64,000 nucleotides of DNA from Psychrobacillus sp. (GTDB lineage Bacteria; Bacillota; Bacilli; Bacillales_A; Planococcaceae). The translations under genes were made by a program, and so were the position numbers. Each line of letters starts with the position of its first letter. Position 1 is the stretch's first letter. Positions 60,116 through 64,000 of the stretch are shown in pieces. The stretch is taken from contig JBEMAY010000002.1 of the NCBI GenBank assembly GCA_040274765.1, positions 983 through 64,982 of the forward strand. The letters are read 5' to 3'. The notes under the pieces were generated by a model that saw only the letters and a program-made list of their open reading frames with translations, was not told where the DNA came from and did not search any database.

Positions 60116-61390
60116 TCACTCTATATCACTAATTAAAAAGGTGGATATCTCCGGAAAAATAGATAATACTACTATTAACATAATCATAATTATTGCATAT
60201 GGAATGACCCCTTTAACAATTTCATCAATCCTATTTGTTCTGTCTATTCCCTTTAAAACAAATAAGTTTAATCCAACCGGAGGAGAAATAAGAGCAAGCT
60301 CCATATTAATAACCATAATAATAGCAAACCAAATTGGGTCAAAACCTAATGCCATAATTATTGGATATAAGATAGGTAAAGTGATTACCAAAATAGAAAT
60401 TGTCTCCAAAAACATACCTAATATTAGTAATACTATGTTGATTAATATAAATATAATCCATGGCGAAATATCTTGACTTGTAGCATAGTTTGTAATCGTC
60501 TGAGGAATGTTTAAAATTGTCATTATGTAGCCAAGTAACATAGCTCCAACAATGATAAATAGAATCATTGCATTAGTTTTTACAGTTTCAATTATTATCT
60601 TTTTAAAATTAGCTAGAGTAAGGTTTTTATAGATAAATAACGAAATTGCAAAACTAACCATTACACCTACTGCCGCAGCTTCAGTGGGTGTAAAAATACC
60701 AGTGTAAATTCCCCCTATTACAATTGCCGGCAATAACAAGCCCCAAATAGCAGTTTTAGTACCTTCCATTCTTTCAGCCCAAGTAGCTGGTTTATCTTTG
60801 ATGTGACGAGTTTGATAAGAAGCAAAAATCATAAAAGATATAGTTAATATTATTCCCGGCACAATCCCAGCTATAAATAGTTTACCAATTGATTCACCAG
60901 TAACAGATCCATAAATAATCATCGGAACACTCGGTGGTATTAATATACCGAGAGTACCACCAGCAGCTAACATTCCTAACACGTGCCTCTTATTATACCC
61001 TCTCTTAACCATTTCGGGTAAAGCTACCGCCCCTACTGTTACTGCAGTGGCAACGCTCGAACCAGAAATTGCTGCAAAAATAGCACAACAAAAGAGCGTT
61101 GCAATGGCAAGTCCTCCCGGTAAGTGACGAAACCACCTGCTGGCCATTTCATATAAATCTCTTCCAACTCCACTTACTAGTAGAACTTGACTCATTAATA
61201 CATACATTGGGAGTGCAGTTAAGGAAAAATCATCTAAAGCTTTATAAGAGATAATCGGCACTTGCATAAATGCAAAAGTACCACCATTAAAAATATACAT
61301 TCCAACTACTGCAAGTAATGAAAGAGCAAATGCCACAGGTAAACCTAGAAGTAAAAACGTCCCTAGACCACCAATAAAGAAAATGTTCAA
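60116..61390 (-). CDS. dctM: TRAP transporter large permease (DctM)
   Basis: FAAISGSSVA, GILIPPSVPMI, GIFTPTEAA, ISPPVGLNLF; TTG start overlaps the dctQ stop. Confidence 0.92.
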   Translation of the reverse strand: MNIFFIGGLGTFLLLGLPVAFALSLLAVVGMYIFNGGTFAFMQVPIISYKALDDFSLTALPMYVLMSQVLLVSGVGRDLYEMASRWFRHLPGGLAIATLFCCAIFAAISGSSVATAVTVGAVALPEMVKRGYNKRHVLGMLAAGGTLGILIPPSVPMIIYGSVTGESIGKLFIAGIVPGIILTISFMIFASYQTRHIKDKPATWAERMEGTKTAIWGLLLPAIVIGGIYTGIFTPTEAAAVGVMVSFAISLFIYKNLTLANFKKIIIETVKTNAMILFIIVGAMLLGYIMTILNIPQTITNYATSQDISPWIIFILINIVLLILGMFLETISILVITLPILYPIIMALGFDPIWFAIIMVINMELALISPPVGLNLFVLKGIDRTNRIDEIVKGVIPYAIIMIMLIVVLSIFPEISTFLISDIE

Positions 61391-61884
61391 ATATGTTCCC
61401 CTCCCCTGTGAATATCACCATCTATTATCTGCAAGATAAAGGCTATGCACATTAAGGCACCCCCTACTGGTAAAAATAATTCCGGTAGGTACATTGGAAT
61501 CCTTAATAAAGAGGAAGAGGTAATCCCTAATTCAAATGTATTCATCACATGGTGAAATCCGTAATACGTAAAGATAATACTAAATACTAAACCCATCGCA
61601 TTTGATAAATAAGCAAGGATTTTCTTAAACTTATCGTTCACGTTATTGATCAAGAGATCTACAGTAATATGAGAATAAGTTCTCACTGCATAAGCACTCC
61701 CCAAGAAACAACTTCCAATAATAGAGTATGTGGAGAGTTCAGTTGCCCAAATGGTAGGGCTATTAAATAACCATCGAGAAATAACTTCATAGAATGTCAT
61801 AAATGTTGTTAGCACTATTAACAAACCTGCCGTATATGCACCTATTTTTATTAGTGTATCGGAGAGTTTATAAAGTGATTTCAT
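61387..61884 (-). CDS. dctQ: TRAP transporter small permease (DctQ)
   Basis: Four TM; WATELS, HITVDL. Confidence 0.88.
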   Translation of the reverse strand: MKSLYKLSDTLIKIGAYTAGLLIVLTTFMTFYEVISRWLFNSPTIWATELSTYSIIGSCFLGSAYAVRTYSHITVDLLINNVNDKFKKILAYLSNAMGLVFSIIFTYYGFHHVMNTFELGITSSSLLRIPMYLPELFLPVGGALMCIAFILQIIDGDIHRGGEHI

Positions 61885-61897
61885 AACTTACCCTCCT

Positions 61898-62923
61898 TTA
61901 TTGAACCAAGTCTAAAAGTTCATTCCCTGGTTCACCAGTGTTTTTTATAAATGCATCCCATGCAGGTTTAGCTGCTTCCTTCCATTCCTCCAGGTCTTCT
62001 TCGGGAACTTTATAAACTTCCATACCTCTGTCTTCTAACTCTTTAGCCGTTTTTTCATCTTCAGATTTTGCTTTGTCACGGATCCACTTTTCTGTCTCTT
62101 GAGCAGTTTCAGTTAGTAAGGTTTGAGTCTCTATAGGAAGGTCATCCCAAAACTTTTTATTAACCGCTAAAATAAATTCGAGATACGCATAATTGTTAAT
62201 CGTTAAGTATTTTGTTACCTCGTCATACTTCCTTTGAACCATAGCGGTTGTTCCAGAGGTTGCTCCGTCAACCGTGTTACGCTGTAATGCCATGTATACT
62301 TCTCCGCCACCCATGAAGACCGGTGAAGCTCCATAAGCCTTTATCATTTCAGAAGGAATGTCACCTATGCTTCTAATTTTTAGTCCTTCAAAATCTTTCG
62401 GAGATTTTAGTGGTCGTTTATTATTTGCAAATTGAGCAAATCCATAATCTGCAAACATTAACACTTTTGCACCTTTATCTTCCATAGCAGTACGTAGCTT
62501 ATCTCCAAACTCACCATTTAAAGCTTCGCCTGTTTTCTCATAGTCATTAAAGACATAAGGTACGTCGAATACTCCCATCACAGGTACTGTACTAGCCCAA
62601 AGAGTTGATGAGTTTACTCCCATCTCAACACCACCAGTTAAGATAGACTGGTTCATCTCTTTATCAGTTAATAATTGACCTGAAGGATATACTTGCATTT
62701 TTATAGCTCCACCTGATTTTTCCATAACATCTTTTGCAAATTGTTCGATACCTATCGCTACATGGTGATCCGCAGGTAAATTATAGGCTAGGCGAATTGT
62801 AGTTTCTTCATATCCTTTCACATCTGAGCTAACTGCCTTAGTTTCTCCATCACTAGAACTACATGCCGATAATAGTAAAGTTACTACAATTAGAAAAGAA
62901 AAAGCTTTCCACAATTTTGTCAT
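61898..62923 (-). CDS. dctP: TRAP substrate-binding lipoprotein (DctP)
   Basis: Lipobox LLSAC, VYPSGQL, FDVPYVF, GLKIRS, EVYMALQ. Confidence 0.92.
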   Translation of the reverse strand: MTKLWKAFSFLIVVTLLLSACSSSDGETKAVSSDVKGYEETTIRLAYNLPADHHVAIGIEQFAKDVMEKSGGAIKMQVYPSGQLLTDKEMNQSILTGGVEMGVNSSTLWASTVPVMGVFDVPYVFNDYEKTGEALNGEFGDKLRTAMEDKGAKVLMFADYGFAQFANNKRPLKSPKDFEGLKIRSIGDIPSEMIKAYGASPVFMGGGEVYMALQRNTVDGATSGTTAMVQRKYDEVTKYLTINNYAYLEFILAVNKKFWDDLPIETQTLLTETAQETEKWIRDKAKSEDEKTAKELEDRGMEVYKVPEEDLEEWKEAAKPAWDAFIKNTGEPGNELLDLVQ

Positions 62924-63828
62924 TTTATTTCCTCCTTAATAATATTTCTTTCGATATGCCTAATACGCCCTAATGGGTTCTTCGAGGATAAGCTTGCCGC
63001 AAAATCTGCTGCATCTATTAATTCATTTAAATCTAAGCCTGTGCTAATGTTCATTCGATGAAATAAGTAAACTAAATCTTCTGTTGCTAAATTACCTGCA
63101 GCGCCTGGGGCAAAGGGACATCCACCAATTCCAGAAACCGCTGTTTCAAAAATGCGAATACCCGCTTCATAAGCACTGTAGGCGTTTGCCAGTCCAAGAC
63201 CCCTTGTGTCGTGTAAATGAATTGCTATAGGTGTATTACCTACGATACTTAAAACTTCCTCACTTAGGGCTTTAACCTGATTAGGTGTCGCAACCCCTAT
63301 CGTATCAGCAATAGTAATTCGATCAGCCCCAATTTCTTTTACTCTTTGAACTAAGTCAATAACTTTTGATTTATCTACATCTCCCTCATAAGGACAACCA
63401 AAACTAACAGCAATTGAAAAATTAGTCTTAATGCCAGCTTGTTTAGCTTCCTGTTGAATTAATTTAAATTGCTTTAAACTCTCTTCAATAGTGAAGCCAA
63501 TATTCTTTTGATTAAATGTCTCTGTCGCTGAACTGACCCAATTTATTTCTGAGAGATTAAACTTTTTTAGCCGTTGAAATCCTTTATAATTGGGAACCAA
63601 TGCAATTGATTCAAAACTACCCAGCTTCGTCGATTCCCGGACAACTTCTTCTGCATCTGCCATTTGCGGAACTTTTTTAGGATGAACAAATGAAGTAACT
63701 TCAATAGAACTTACCTTTGCTTTTAGTAACCTACTAATTAGCTCAACTTTTTCTTCAACCGATATAAGTTTTGAATCGTTTTGTAACCCGTCACGAGGAC
63801 TGACATCAATAATTTTTACATCGGTCAT
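62920..63828 (-). CDS. HMG-CoA lyase family (DRE-TIM) enzyme
   Basis: PRDGLQN, FGCPYEG, HLHDTRG, GGCPFAPGAAGNLATED. Confidence 0.9.
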   Translation of the reverse strand: MTDVKIIDVSPRDGLQNDSKLISVEEKVELISRLLKAKVSSIEVTSFVHPKKVPQMADAEEVVRESTKLGSFESIALVPNYKGFQRLKKFNLSEINWVSSATETFNQKNIGFTIEESLKQFKLIQQEAKQAGIKTNFSIAVSFGCPYEGDVDKSKVIDLVQRVKEIGADRITIADTIGVATPNQVKALSEEVLSIVGNTPIAIHLHDTRGLGLANAYSAYEAGIRIFETAVSGIGGCPFAPGAAGNLATEDLVYLFHRMNISTGLDLNELIDAADFAASLSSKNPLGRIRHIERNIIKEEIK

Positions 63829-63829
63829 T

Positions 63830-64000
63830 TTAAATTACTCCCTTCTCTTTAAAGGTTTTGAATTCTTCTACAGACATATTTAGAAATTTAGTATAAATTT
63901 CTTCATTATGCTCGCCTAGTCTAGGTCCACTCCACTCAATTTTGCCGGGGGTTTCAGAAAGTTTAGGTACAATTCCAGGCATTAAAACCTTAGCGCCGTT
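63830..64000 (-). CDS. C-terminus of a CaiB/BaiF (family III) CoA-transferase; enters from the right edge
   Basis: Manual translation NGAKVLMPGIVPKLSETPGKIEWSGPRLGEHNEEIY...EKGVI*, a typical CaiB/BaiF C-terminus. Confidence 0.82.
   Translation of the reverse strand, partial: NGAKVLMPGIVPKLSETPGKIEWSGPRLGEHNEEIYTKFLNMSVEEFKTFKEKGVI

Overview
AT-rich chromosomal window from a Bacillales bacterium; the gene content resembles Psychrobacillus or other Planococcaceae, which is an inference. From left to right it holds: the 5' part of a UPF1-like SF1 helicase; a DUF485/Na+:solute symporter pair; a YhcN-type lipoprotein; an M20D amidohydrolase; a nine-gene Ter/Yce stress operon (three TerD, YceG, TelA) with an embedded lyase-PRTase-PRTase-HAD biosynthetic module; a PucR-type regulator with msmX; an ~18.6-kb carbohydrate uptake/catabolism cluster rich in redox enzymes and lacking a recognisable glycoside hydrolase; a CYP152 peroxygenase next to a 125-bp palindromic tandem repeat; nagAB; a GAF-GAF-PAS-GGDEF-EAL gene apparently co-transcribed with an orphan ThDP enzyme; a Liv-type ABC operon with an embedded acyl-CoA ligase; nupC; ykuI; several small hydrolases; and a CoA-transferase/HMG-CoA-lyase/TRAP operon cut by the right edge. 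No rRNA, tRNA, CRISPR array, integrase or transposase was seen. The best candidates for an undescribed system are the ThDP enzyme/c-di-GMP sensor pair, the Ter-linked biosynthetic module and the hydrolase-free sugar cluster. All calls come from motif reading and recalled family knowledge; no database searches were run.
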